Assembly (NCBI RefSeq): GCF_963853765.1
Contig: NC_088861.1
Coordinates: 11,284,001 to 11,348,000 of the forward strand
Direction: 5' to 3'
Origin: Magallana gigas
Lineage: Eukaryota
DNA length: 64,000 bases
The notes beneath the pieces are model-generated. The model was not told where the DNA came from, searched no databases, and saw nothing but the letters and a program-made list of their open reading frames with translations. Each line of letters begins with the position of its first letter. The first letter of the stretch is position 1. The translations under genes were made by a program, and so were the position numbers. Of this stretch, positions 23,701-35,600 are shown in pieces.

Positions 23701-26700
23701 CCTTCATGGTGCTTACAGGTAAAAGTATCTTGCAAAAATATATATTCACCCAGCATTTTTGAATGGAAGTTCTTACGAATGATATAAAAAAAAAGTAATA
23801 TCATTCCTTAGAACTTTTGATATATACAGTCCCAAATGCTCTCTCTCTCTCTCTCTCTCTCTTATAAGGCATAAAACTTGTTAAATTAATTAGTCAAGAT
23901 GAAGTTATATCTTGCTTTTGAAACGACTGTAATGATAAACAGGCAAAAATCACCATGACATCAGTGTTCAGTGAATGAGCATTTGTAATTGGTAGAAGGC
24001 TCCTGGCTTGGAATAGGAAAAATTGAAATTGACATATTAGTAATTAAGATACATGTTCGTTAAATTTTATTAATAGCAGTTTTTAGAATATGTTAACTTT
24101 AAAATCAACTTAATAGATATGTATGCATCTGTTTGAACTATTGTATGTTAAGTGACATTTTCTTATAGATTTGGTAATCCAAATGCACTGTTTCTTCTGA
24201 GGAACTCTGAAGCTATTAAAGAAATCCCAGAAGATTTTCAAGACAGATTTGTAGATAAAGAAGTTCTAAAAATGTGCCATTTGAAGGTAGGTACATGTCT
24301 TTAAATAAGGAATAAGGAATCATTCTTTGAGTATTATGAGGTGATAATTTCGGTCGGGGTGTGATCAAATCAAATAAAGTCCGAAGGGCTTTATGATAGA
24401 TTTGATCACACCCCGACTGAAATTATCATCTCATAATATATATTCAAAGAATGATTCCTTATTACTTATATTTATATAATTTTAAGCCATCGTACGATTA
24501 CATATTTAAATATTAATAAGCAAACCCCGCTGGAGCCTCGATTTGGCGTCATTTGTATTATGGGTTATATAGTACAAAATCGATTCGTAGTGTTATCACA
24601 GGCAAAGACAGTGGAAAATGTAAATATATAAATATCATGAACAACACCAGAGAAAATTTCTTTTTAAGATATTTTAATAAAACCTTTAATTAAATACAAT
24701 TGCAACATGCTTTAAATTTATGTAGCTTTTTGTCTTTTCTTAGGAGTTGAAGAAAAAGATAAAATTGAAATTTCCAAACCAGCTGTTTGAATATGATTGT
24801 AAATACAGTGGTCTATCTGAAAAAGCTGGAAGGAAAAGGGTAGGATATTATGATAAAGGCCTCATATATTCTTAAAAATATAAAGAAAAAGCTTAGGATT
24901 TTCAAAATTCGCCGCTGAAATGTTTAATAAGGCACAGCATGAATATAATTAATATTACATCGTGAGATTAATAAATTTTCCATTGTAGGTCATCCTGGAA
25001 GGTCTGGACACCTTTGCTGAGAAAGTATTGACATTTTTTAAAGCAAGAATATCAGAGTTTTATCCAGAGGAAAAAGGAAAAGATACAGAAGTGGACATAG
25101 GTACTGTATATTGAATTAAGCCATGAAGGAAGAAGAACAAACCAGAAATTGTGACAGTCATGAATAATGGTTGTATTTTTATAGATTGCGAAGCCTTAAG
25201 TTTATAAAAGAAATAGGAAAATTCATAATTCATATCTAAAATAAGATATTTTGACAAAATAATTACTACTAAGATTTTTTTTAGATCTTTTGAAGAAATT
25301 GTATGATTTCTATATTCATAATTTAATGTTTTCTTTTTACTGATATTAATAGAATACATTTGACTTTTATTGTTTCAGTACTAAGTTGAAGCATATTAAT
25401 GTGTTGTTTTCAGAAAGCCTAGAACAGAGGAATTTTCTGGAAAGGAAAACCTATCTTGTTATTGGACAGGAGGAATTAATAAATATGTTCTTGGCATACG
25501 CTAAAGGAATAGATCCTGTTGACTTGAAAATAGAGGGTAAGTAATATCAAGTATATAAATGAAATAGTTTTGTTCTTTTTTGGCTTCAAATAACATGCTA
25601 TTGATCATTCTACCTTTTATAATTCTGTGTTTTATATAGTAACTATAATATGAATGCAATAAATTACATAGTTGATTTTTCTTCGAATTATATTTTCATG
25701 TACATTCTCTTTATAGGAGAAAAGTCTGCATTTGTTCGTAAGTATTAGTGCAGTGCAATAAAATCACCCTTTCTTTTTATGTAATAAAAATACAAAAACC
25801 ACTTTTATTAGATAGTATTTACTAGTAATCTAAAGGTAAGAACCTATTGTAGTACACATATTAATAATTTTCATACACGTGCTTCAGCCCCAATTAGGTA
25901 CTACGTACTTGCTAAAATTTTAAGGTTTTTTAACATGGACGTTTTTTCCTGGGGAAAAAAAATCAATGAAGGTTAACTGCCTCTGAAAGAAAGTAAAAAT
26001 ATGAATTTCAAAATGAACACAGTATTCTTGTTGCATTGAATGTGTTCAAATTAAATATTAATATCACAGGGGATCCAGAATTCTGGCAAAATGATGAGGA
26101 CGATAACCTATTGTTGTGCCTGACGGGAGCTGCAGGCCAGGGGAAAACCTCAGTAATGGCAAAGTTTGTGAAGAAGGCTTTACAGGTATTCATTAACTAT
26201 TATAATATAATAAATATAAATATATATATATATAAATATCACCGTTTCCAGTTTACAAAGTGTCTAAATGCATGCATACAGTTTATAAGGAAGTGTGTAC
26301 ACTGCTGTATAAAAAAAAACCGTGTAAAAGTTTTTTTCCCAGTTGTTTATATAAATATAATAGTATATATAAAAGGCACAGCTTCATATGAATTCATAAT
26401 AGTTAAAAATTACAAATTTCATTTAAAAAAGGGGTAAAAATATAGATTAGTTCTCAAAACATTGAACACTGGTAAAAAATAAGTGTTTGTGATCATGTTT
26501 GAAAAATAAGCTGTAACTGAAATAAATTTAACGTTGATTTTAAAAATGAATGAGTGCATAAGTTAAACGTTTTCTTTTTGTTTGTTCATTGTGGTCGGTA
26601 ATAATGGTTTGTGGCTGGTGGCCTTTAATGTTATATAATCCTCCCTCTCCTTCTTTCCCCACCCTCTCCTTTTAAGAGAGTTTGTCAGAGTAGAGTTGAA

Positions 26701-29700
26701 CTAACAGAAACAAACTGACAACGATGACTGCAGCGTGTCCGATGATTTCTGAAATGAATAAAACTCTCTTCCATTTCCCCGGTTTGTCTTCACAACATGG
26801 CCGCATCCTTACAAATAAGACTGTAATAAGCAATACAGCCTTGCATATAGCAAACCAGGCTTTCGCGTATTGTATGAAGGTGAAAGGATCCTTGGCTTTT
26901 AATGCAACGATCAAAGCCATCAGTGTTTGTGGCAGGTCCTCTATCCAAGTCCCAACCGCTGACAGAATTATAAGAATTTCGGCAGCCTTTTCATGCAAGA
27001 GAGTGCCTTCTCTGTTAACGAGAAATTTCGCAATGCTTGCTAAGAATATTAACACCAAAATTAAGATGCCGACGATCGCAAACACTAAAATTGCCTTTTT
27101 CAAATTATCTGCCTTGTTGATGCCTTCTTGAGTTGTATCGAGAATTACGATATAGAAGGCCCAGTCCAGTATTAAGTCTACCAGCAACAAAAAGCAACCG
27201 CCGATGACACCACAACGCGTGAGGCTGCAGAGTTTTGTACACATTTTGATTGGTCTCTTCCTGGCTAAAAAACGTAGCATAAAGAGTACTTATAAAGCAC
27301 TTAGTATATTTGATTAAAAAAAATAATAAAAGAAGAAGAATATCAAATGTACTAAGGATTCATTAAAGTTTGGAGTTGTTATATATTAGCTCCATTGAGT
27401 CCAAAAAATAACACCCTCATGAACCATTAAAGGGTTGATAGTCCCCCAATGTTTGTCCCCATGAATTTTAATGATTCCACAGTACTAGATTGCAAATTAG
27501 CACCAAATTAATTATTATACATTTAATTCATAACTAATTTTTAAATATCAAATGGGAAGATATGCTTTTATTTTTTTTTTTATTAATTTTTTATTATTTG
27601 TCAAGTGCACGCTTGATATTTTTGTAGCATCAATAAAAATTGTAAGATTTTTTTTGCCCCTGTATGTCATTATAAGTCATTAAAGTTAAAATACATTGAG
27701 GGAAACTAGAGTCGGGATGACAATTCTACAATGTAACTACTTTGTCGATTACATTTCAATATTTTCAATTAAAGTTGGTTTTTCCTGGCACTCGATAGTT
27801 TATCTCATGTCTCACAAACATAAAGTTTATCCTTCCGCAATTGTTTAAACTACATAAGGATTTTTTGGAATATTGTGCTCGTTTAGTTTCCTCATTAGCA
27901 TTGATTTAAGCATGTATTGATTTAAGGCGAGTAGCAGTGATTCTACAAGTGATGGCACTTTGCCATGGTAACTTCAACTAGAAAATTTGTAAATTTGATA
28001 TTGTGGAAACAAGCTTAAAGTAGTTTTTATACAAACAGTGGATAAATACATGAGTGTATGATCCCTCTCCGATAACAATAGTTCATTGATAACAATTAAT
28101 GAAAAAAAATCCAAACATGAGTAGTTTGTAAATGTTAAGTTACTTGTTACATCACTATCGAAACTGATACTTCACTAGCTACTGCGAATCAAAGCATTTG
28201 TATATTTTTTGGCTCAGCATTGCAGTTCATAATGCAGTGTTCACTAAAACACATTTAAAAACGTATCAGTTATGACATGCTTCAAAACTTGTTTATTTTG
28301 TTCACGATAGTTATGCTTTTGAACAAGAGTTATTGATTAATTATTTAATTATACCGTATATCTTTTTTATGGATGCAAACATTTACATGCACCTTTGGTT
28401 CCAAAATGAAAATTTGCTTTATAGATGATTTTGCTAAACTATCATCCCACAGAAAAATTCCAGTTGAACAGTTTTAAAATTAAGATTTACAAAATAAATG
28501 TTTGTTATCTTTCAGTTAAATTTTACAACACGGAACCGAAATATAAATGACAGTCACTTGAGTTACTTTAGTAACCATGAAACATATATTACACGTACTT
28601 GCATTATCTATGTTAGTCATAATCATGCTATGTTGAATAATAAAAACTATCTCTATCTTACCTTTCAAGAAGTGGGATTTACGAAATATTGTTATGATTA
28701 ACGATATGGTATACCCACTTTTAGGGATGTTATAAATGAATTTGCACGAAGAATAATGAAGGAATAGGAAACCACAATGAGACTTATATTAGAGTATATA
28801 CGGCATTTCCTTATTTCCCTTTTGGTCTGAGTAGTCATTGACGATATGTGAGTTTTAATTATGTATTAAGTCGTTAGTGACAGTATATGCAGGGATGACA
28901 ATAAGTACCTCAACAAACCTGCTTCCGATATTAGAGACTACGTCAATTAATGGGAACAAAAAAGAATGGCTAATAAATGATAATTTGTGCCAATTTTGTC
29001 TTTCAGTTTTTTAGTCTTTTCGTTTTAGCAACTAGAAGTGGTATATAATTTTTTTCCTGAAATTATTGTGGCGCAAGTGTACCAATAGGTGCGACATTCG
29101 TATTCTATGGACATATTTCTATTTTTGTTAGTAAAAAGGAATTAAACTAACCCACTCTCTTATGATAGAGACTGAATTTTATGTTTTTAACAAGTTAAGT
29201 TGCGGGGTTTTACAAGTTTTTGTTCATTGCATTGACTTTCCTCATTCATTTGGAATTTACCTGAGTTTCGCTTCACGCGAATTTCACGTTAAATTCACCT
29301 GATTTTTCACGCGAAGCTTTCTTTGTCTAAAGGAGGGATTGAATGTCTTTTACCATTTTGTTGGAATCTCGGAGACGAGTCAGCAAACAGACAATTTGCT
29401 TCGTCGGATGACAGAATTTATCAAAGGTGAAAAAATAGGTCAGTACTATTTTTTCCTACATTATTTACTGTAAAAACAATAGTTTTAGGATTCTTTCATT
29501 TTTTTCTTTTTCTTTATTGCAAGTTTTTATTATTTATATAAAAAAGATGTGCCAAAGGAGACGTTCGACCTAAAAAACTTTTACATGAAGATTATGAGAG
29601 AGGAATTTGAAAAACTGCGACAGAACAAAAATCAAATGCTGCTTGTTTTAGATGGAATGGACGAGGTACGATTATAATATATATCTAGGTGACATGTATG

Positions 29701-32624
29701 GTACTTTTAAGACGGATAATCATGATATATATTCATTGATTTTATTTTTTGCTACTGCATATTGACATCTTTAAACTCAAAAATGTTACTTACAAATTAT
29801 TCATACAACTAATATTGACCACATGATATCTCACTAAAAAACCCAGAATTGTTGAGTATGTTAGCTGCAAGAATCTGAAAGACAGAAACTGCTTAGTCAC
29901 ATTTATGTATTTGGAATACTGTATTCAGGGGTAATATTCGCCCTTGTTTTATTTTAACCCTATTCGTCCTTGATTTTATCGGACGAATTTAAGATTGGGT
30001 GAATTCGGATCTCCAATGTCTCATTTTATTTCGCTTTAAACACAACTGTGCCTGGGCAAATTCAAGACGGGGCAAAACTGCATGTTTGCAAGTGTAGAAG
30101 GGCGAAAATTACACGGGACGAAAATGAACCTGTATACAGTGTCTTTAACCATTACTCCTGCTTGTTTTTGAAGTTAAGCAATCGGGATTCATATGAGCAA
30201 TTGAAATGGTTACCGCCTCGTTTACCTGGTAGTGTTCGAGCTGTGGTGGCTACATCTAGTGCGCATCTTCCAACTCTTCACCGGGCAAAGGAGCATGCCT
30301 GCTTCTTCCTGGAGATTCCCTCGTTAAAATTGTCTGTCGCCAAAGAAATACTATCTCAATACCTTATGCTTTATAATAAAGTAAGAATAATATTCTTGCC
30401 TTAAAATTCAAAATTAAAAAAACTATCGTTTTATAAGGCTAACAGTAACTGTTTGTTCGTGCATTCATGACATGCCAAATATTATTTGGCGACGAAAACA
30501 AAGTGTGAAACAAAACTCTTTCTAAAAGCTAACGTAATAACGAGGCTTGTCAATTTTTTTTAAAAAAAAACTCTTTTATCCGGGTTACACATATCTGAGC
30601 AATAGTACATTTTTAATTTGAATTTTTACCTTAGAAACTCGACAAGGCCCAAATGGAGCTCATTTTATCCAAACCCAACTCATTGAATCCACTGTGGCTC
30701 ACGCTTTTAGCAGAACAACTTCGAACTTTCGGGGATTTTAGAACTCTAGATCAACACATCAAAACACTCTCTGATTCTGTAAATGGCTTGTTGGAGTTTA
30801 TTGTGAAGGATCTTGTTCTTAACGATGACACTGGGCAAATGGAAAAGGTGAAACATACTTGTTTTTTTTAACAACACCTCATTTTACATATTGCTAATAA
30901 GATTAATTTTATGATATATTTTTACTGACGGGTTTCAGGCCCTTTGTATCTTGGTTCTAACAAATGGATTACCTGAAATAGAGATGCAGCAGATTTTGGG
31001 CGATATCAATGAGCAAGAGCCTCTTCCTGACCTGTATTGGTCTAAAATTCGGAGGGCTCTCAAACCTTTCATCTACTTTGCTGGAGCTATTCGAGACATC
31101 AGATTCATACATGGAGCCTTTTATGAGGTGATTTAATGTCAAAATGATTTCAACGTGTTTCGAGGGTTTGGACTTTTGACTTATTTTGACCCACTATTTT
31201 TAAAGTTAAGGTGGTATATCTCATTTGAGTGTGTTTTATGCATTCCTTCTGAACAAATTTTAGTTTTTAGCAAACTACATTTATACAAATTATACCATTT
31301 GCTAAGTGTAATTAAAAAACCCACCTCCCCAGACATCTTTGAAAAAGTACTGATTGTATTGGTTTCTTTTATATAGAATGCCGAGATGCTATATCTTAAA
31401 GAGAAAAAGACTCAGATCATGTACCATACCATTATTGTCGATTATCTAATGAACTGGTGTAAAAATGAAACACTTAAACGAACGAGGGTGCCTTACCATT
31501 GCCAAAGAGCTGGATTACCTGACAAGTACGAATCTTAGAATCAATACATATATAAGACTTGGATGTGGAATTGATTTAATATTTGTATTGGAAAAAATAG
31601 AATTATGGTGTAAACTAGACAGAATTTGTACTGATCAGAGGTTATTTTGAGTATCCTTTGTTATAATACAGGTTGGTTGATTTCATGAGACATTCTGAAA
31701 GTGCTTCAGCTCTACCTGATTTTATGAGAAGCCAATTCTTAAAGGTTAGTGTGGTAATTTGTATGCAATTTCATTCAATGTACTGCATGTGCTGGCCAAA
31801 AATGAATAAATTTGATTTGCAATTTTAATTTAGAGTACATATTAAATAAATCATCCAGTATGCCAAGTCAATGTTAGCAATTATTATTACAAAAAATGAA
31901 AACCCACATATTTCAGAGATTGCTTTTTGATTTTTTGTTGTAAGTTTGATATTATGCTTAATATAGTACATGCATTTTCATCTAATATTTGCGTTGATAC
32001 TCGATGAATTTCACCTAGTATGTACCCTCTGTTGACGTTTGTAAAAATCGGTGTATGAATTAAAAACATGTTCCAAGTAAAACTTGTACCCATAGCAATC
32101 TCTCATGACGTTTGATGTAGTAATGTTGTATATTCAAATCTGTGCATGCTGTTTCTCTGTTGGTCCAATTTTAGAAAGCATATCAAATTTTGTAACCAAT
32201 CTCAACATTTGAAACATATGAATCGATATGTTTAATATTAGCTTTCTAATTATTATAGTTTGCCCGCTGTATACAAATAGCAGATCCAGTTTTGCAAGTC
32301 ACTATGCCAGTCATTTTGTGCAGGGGATGCTCCTGTTCATATAGGGGTTTCACAACCAAACATTTCCCGCTTAATAAAGACGCCTGTGTTATTTGTGGTA
32401 CTCATGTCGTCAAAGGACGTTTTTCAGGCGACGCCTATCTTTGCATTAGACACTCTTTTGGTCAAAGTAAGCTCATGGGAAAATGTTGTTTGTGTGAAAT
32501 ACCCGTACGGAAAGACGAAAACGGGAAAGTGGCTGACTTCATGGGCTCCCAGGGAAAGTTGTGCAACTTTTGCTCGTTTGGAGTAGATTCCAAACGTTGT
32601 TCTTACGTAGGCAAAAGAATTTGA
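20785..32624 (+). CDS. 834-aa DUF4062-NACHT (TEP1/NWD1-like STAND NTPase) with a C-terminal PHF5/Rds3-like zinc domain. Exons: 20785-20826, 21569-21760, 22047-22231, 23608-23718, 24169-24286, 24744-24839, 24989-25100, 25414-25536, 26070-26185, 29333-29426, 29547-29665, 30174-30380, 30635-30847, 30939-31127, 31377-31525, 31672-31744, 32259-32624.
   Basis: All 16 introns are GT-AG with consistent phases; total 2505 nt. DUF4062 motif RVFVSSTFTDFFCERE...DLRWG...LLGERYGW; Walker A GAAGQGKT; YHFVG; Walker B LLVLDGMDE; WLP..LP; NPLWL..LAEQLRTFG. Last-exon ligand pattern is C, CxxC, CxxC, CxxH, CxxC, CxxC, C. The first coding exon is the least certain. Confidence 0.88.
21084..21498. mobile_element. 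MITE of the CAGGCACGTAGCATC-terminus family with poly-G/C tracts. Relatives near 42478-42715, ending at ~59768, and 63586-63637.
   Basis: Left end CAGGCACGTAGTATC(G)n; right end ATGCTACGTATGTGCCTG (imperfect inverse). The same termini recur elsewhere in the window. Confidence 0.65.
23839..23862. repeat. (CT)n microsatellite
   Basis: About 12 CT units in an intron. Confidence 0.9.
24311..24628. mobile_element. Non-autonomous foldback element whose first ~150 bp form a long hairpin
   Basis: AATAAGGAATCATTCTTTGAGTATTATGAGGTGATAATTTCGGTCGGGGTGTGATCAAATC ... GATTTGATCACACCCCGACTGAAATTATCATCTCATAATATATATTCAAAGAATGATTCCTTATT (24311-24463). The right boundary is approximate. Confidence 0.75.
26672..27280 (-). 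CDS. 202-aa multi-pass membrane protein with XK-related-like motifs; intronless CDS nested antisense in intron 9 of the NACHT gene
   Basis: About 5 hydrophobic segments; TM1 motif VDLILDWAFY and mid-protein WIEDLPQ recall the D..xDW and E..PQ motifs of XK/XKR-family proteins. A strong polypyrimidine tract plus AG lies just 5' of the ATG on the minus strand (~27300-27345), so the 5' UTR is probably spliced. Confidence 0.8.
   Translation of the reverse strand: MLRFLARKRPIKMCTKLCSLTRCGVIGGCFLLLVDLILDWAFYIVILDTTQEGINKADNLKKAILVFAIVGILILVLIFLASIAKFLVNREGTLLHEKAAEILIILSAVGTWIEDLPQTLMALIVALKAKDPFTFIQYAKAWFAICKAVLLITVLFVRMRPCCEDKPGKWKRVLFISEIIGHAAVIVVSLFLLVQLYSDKLS
29918..30140. mobile_element. Short MITE in intron 11 of the NACHT gene
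   Basis: TIRs ACTGTATTCAGG and CCTGTATACAGT (1 mismatch). It explains the spurious N-terminal extension of ORF 30048-30404. Confidence 0.7.
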
Positions 32625-35600
32625 CGAATCATTATATTTTAAAACTATATATTTAGTTTTCTATTTAATCGAATTGCAAAATACAGTTACTTGTATTGAT
32701 TCCTCTAATGAAATCATAGCATACATTACAATATTTGATGAAATATTACACTGGATATCCTGACTGTATTATGTACCAAAAATTGTTTTACAAGATAATT
32801 ATTGTTGATACTAGCAATATATACAAAATAATAACAATTTTAACAAAATAATATGATAATATAATATAATCTATATTTTATTTTAAAATCCTGTTATTGC
32901 TCTTGACGATTTTTTTAACTATCAAACTGCCTACTATTTGTTAGTTTGATAGCATGATTCAAGCCCTTTATTTAGAAATGAAGCATTAAAGTTTAAATAG
33001 TATCAATGCATATTTTGTTTACCAAATACAACCGAGTAAAGAACATTTTGTTTTTTCTAAGGTCTTTGTTATGCAATACAGTATTAGAAACATGGAAAGA
33101 ACCAGACTTATGAAATGTAGTTACATCATCGAAGTCATCCTACTCAAAAAGATGATTTATAAGCTCATATTGTACATGTATTCAGAATTTCGGGAATTAA
33201 CACCAAGGTATAAGGTAAATAAAAAGAAAATTTAAACGTTTATTTAGACTAACGGCACCGTTTATTAACACTAGCTTCATCCGTCATTTACTGCTGCTGT
33301 TGGCCAAGGACGTTATCTTATTTCTTTTCACTTTGACATGTGCAATAGATATATTACAATTTTAAATTATTTATAGTATGACTTATACTTTTTACAACTG
33401 CATTGTTGTTTTTAAAGCCTTTTTTTATCGTGCAAGTGTCTTTTTTCATTTTCTTTGACATTTAATTTACGATATTTCAACATTTACTTTTTATATATCG
33501 AAAATTTAATCTCTATAAGATAGATTTGGAAACATTCTGGAAACAAAATTGTATATTAAACAAAAAATCATGTTAATATTGATAAACTTTTATTTTTTAT
33601 TATTATTAGTTATCTAAATAAATGAATATATCAGTGATAAACAGTGTTGTTTTATTTATTTGCCCGTGCCTTTTCCTGGGGTTGGAGGGCGAATCGGATA
33701 CGGAGACATGGATAGATCGCGATATGCAAATACCATTAACATATTGGATGTGAAAACCCTTCACTGCAACAAATATACATCTTGTGGCTCAAGGATAGCT
33801 AATAACATACCAAAGGGAGATGTAATAATTATACTTATTAGATCTAAGTTAATAAAGAATGAATTTACAAAAAGTAAATATTGAATTTTACATGTATCTG
33901 TGTAAAGTAAAAATTTCTAAAATCGTATAAAAATTTTGACTTAAATGTTAACTTTAAAGACAGTCATTGGCTTTGTGAAATGTGAAAATTGGGTTGTCAA
34001 GTGTGTAAACAATTCAAAACATGCAGTTGTGTTCTCTGACGGCTAATCCGTAATCCAATATGAGAATCTATGTTTCGATAATGTGGTAACATTTGATTGG
34101 TTGGTCACTCCCATGACTTCCGAGTAGCATCAAACCCCGCTAGCCTTACCTACACGTTTGTGCAATAACATGTATTTTCCTGCGTTTTAAATGAGAGCTT
34201 GAAATATGAGAAAATAATACTTCTTAAGCCAAAAGTAAATTTTGAATAGAATATGCATTCTTTAGGATTTTTTAAATTTTAAATACTAGTATGTCCCTCT
34301 GGAGTGCATTTCAGACAGGCAGTTAACCTACATAAATCCCACGGCAAAAATGCACTATGACCATATTAATATCTCTTCACTTCCTCTTTTCTTCGTTTTG
34401 TTCTTTTTTTTCCACCAAAAATGTATGTCTGCACACAATTTGCATACCTTAGGTACAAAGCTCAAGTAAATGTCTTCTTCTCTAATATGTCAAAATTGAA
34501 GTTCTATAGAGTGTTACAACTTTTATTTTCATGTACTTTATATTTACTAAGTAATAAAATACCGAACATTTACTTATTATGCACTTTCGTTATATGAAAA
34601 AATAGCTTTATTTTGTTATTCAACCAGTGTAATGTCATGTCTTTTAAAAGAAAGATGATAAAAGTTATAGGAACTTTAAATTTGTAAGAATTAAAAATCA
34701 AATGGTTTTAGTCTTTTACTCATTTGAACGTAACTTGTATTGAAGTAAATGAAAAATTTTAAAATGCTAATATCATTGAACTAATCTAAATTCAGAAAGC
34801 CACATCTTTGACCATGAAAATGTAATTTTTTCTCATAAGAGATGCAGATTTTAGACTGCTTTCTCAAATGCAGATCTGCTGAAAATCTGCATCACAATAC
34901 ATAGGTCAGAAATCCTTATGAATAAAGTTACATGTATGAAGATGTCAAATATTTAACTCATAATGACCACATTAACGTATTGTGAAATTTATTTTCGTTT
35001 TACTAATCAGACCATGAAGACAATTGATCCTTATTAATGTATGAAAGTAATGTGGCTTAAGTTGTCTATAGATTCGACAAAATAGTAAGTATATATCGTG
35101 TTTTTATGCAAATAACACATTGATTTGGCGACAAAGATTGCATATTTAATGAATGTATACATTTTTTCGATAAAAGGTACTTTTAGTAAACCTCACTATT
35201 CTGATTTCCTATTTATTTCTTAAAGCTATAGAGTTTCTACATTCTTATACACGTCAGAACTGTGTTAATGCATTAAATGAAAGGTAATATTAAAAGGTAA
35301 AGGTAATATTAATTAACATCCATATATTAACTTGCTGAAAGTGAGAATAAATATGAAGTAAGTTAGCATAGGATACGGGGCCATTGATGATTAAGGTGCA
35401 TCTGCGACAAACCTAAACGTTTCATTGTTTAACAAAAGCAATAATTGTTCTTTTTTTCATGCAATGTTTAGATATTCCTTTAATTTAAAATATGTTTTAG
35501 AACATGACTGTTTATAAATCTGGCTAGGTCATACTGCCAGTTTATGTCATATAATATAAAATGCAACGGTAGTTAATTTATTTTTAGCAAATGTTTAAGC

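Noticed and set aside
26724-27131. 135-aa plus-strand ORF
   Set aside because: Antisense shadow of the XK-like gene. ORFs 19976-20197, 41652-41927 and 57263-57547 are similar shadows of real exons.
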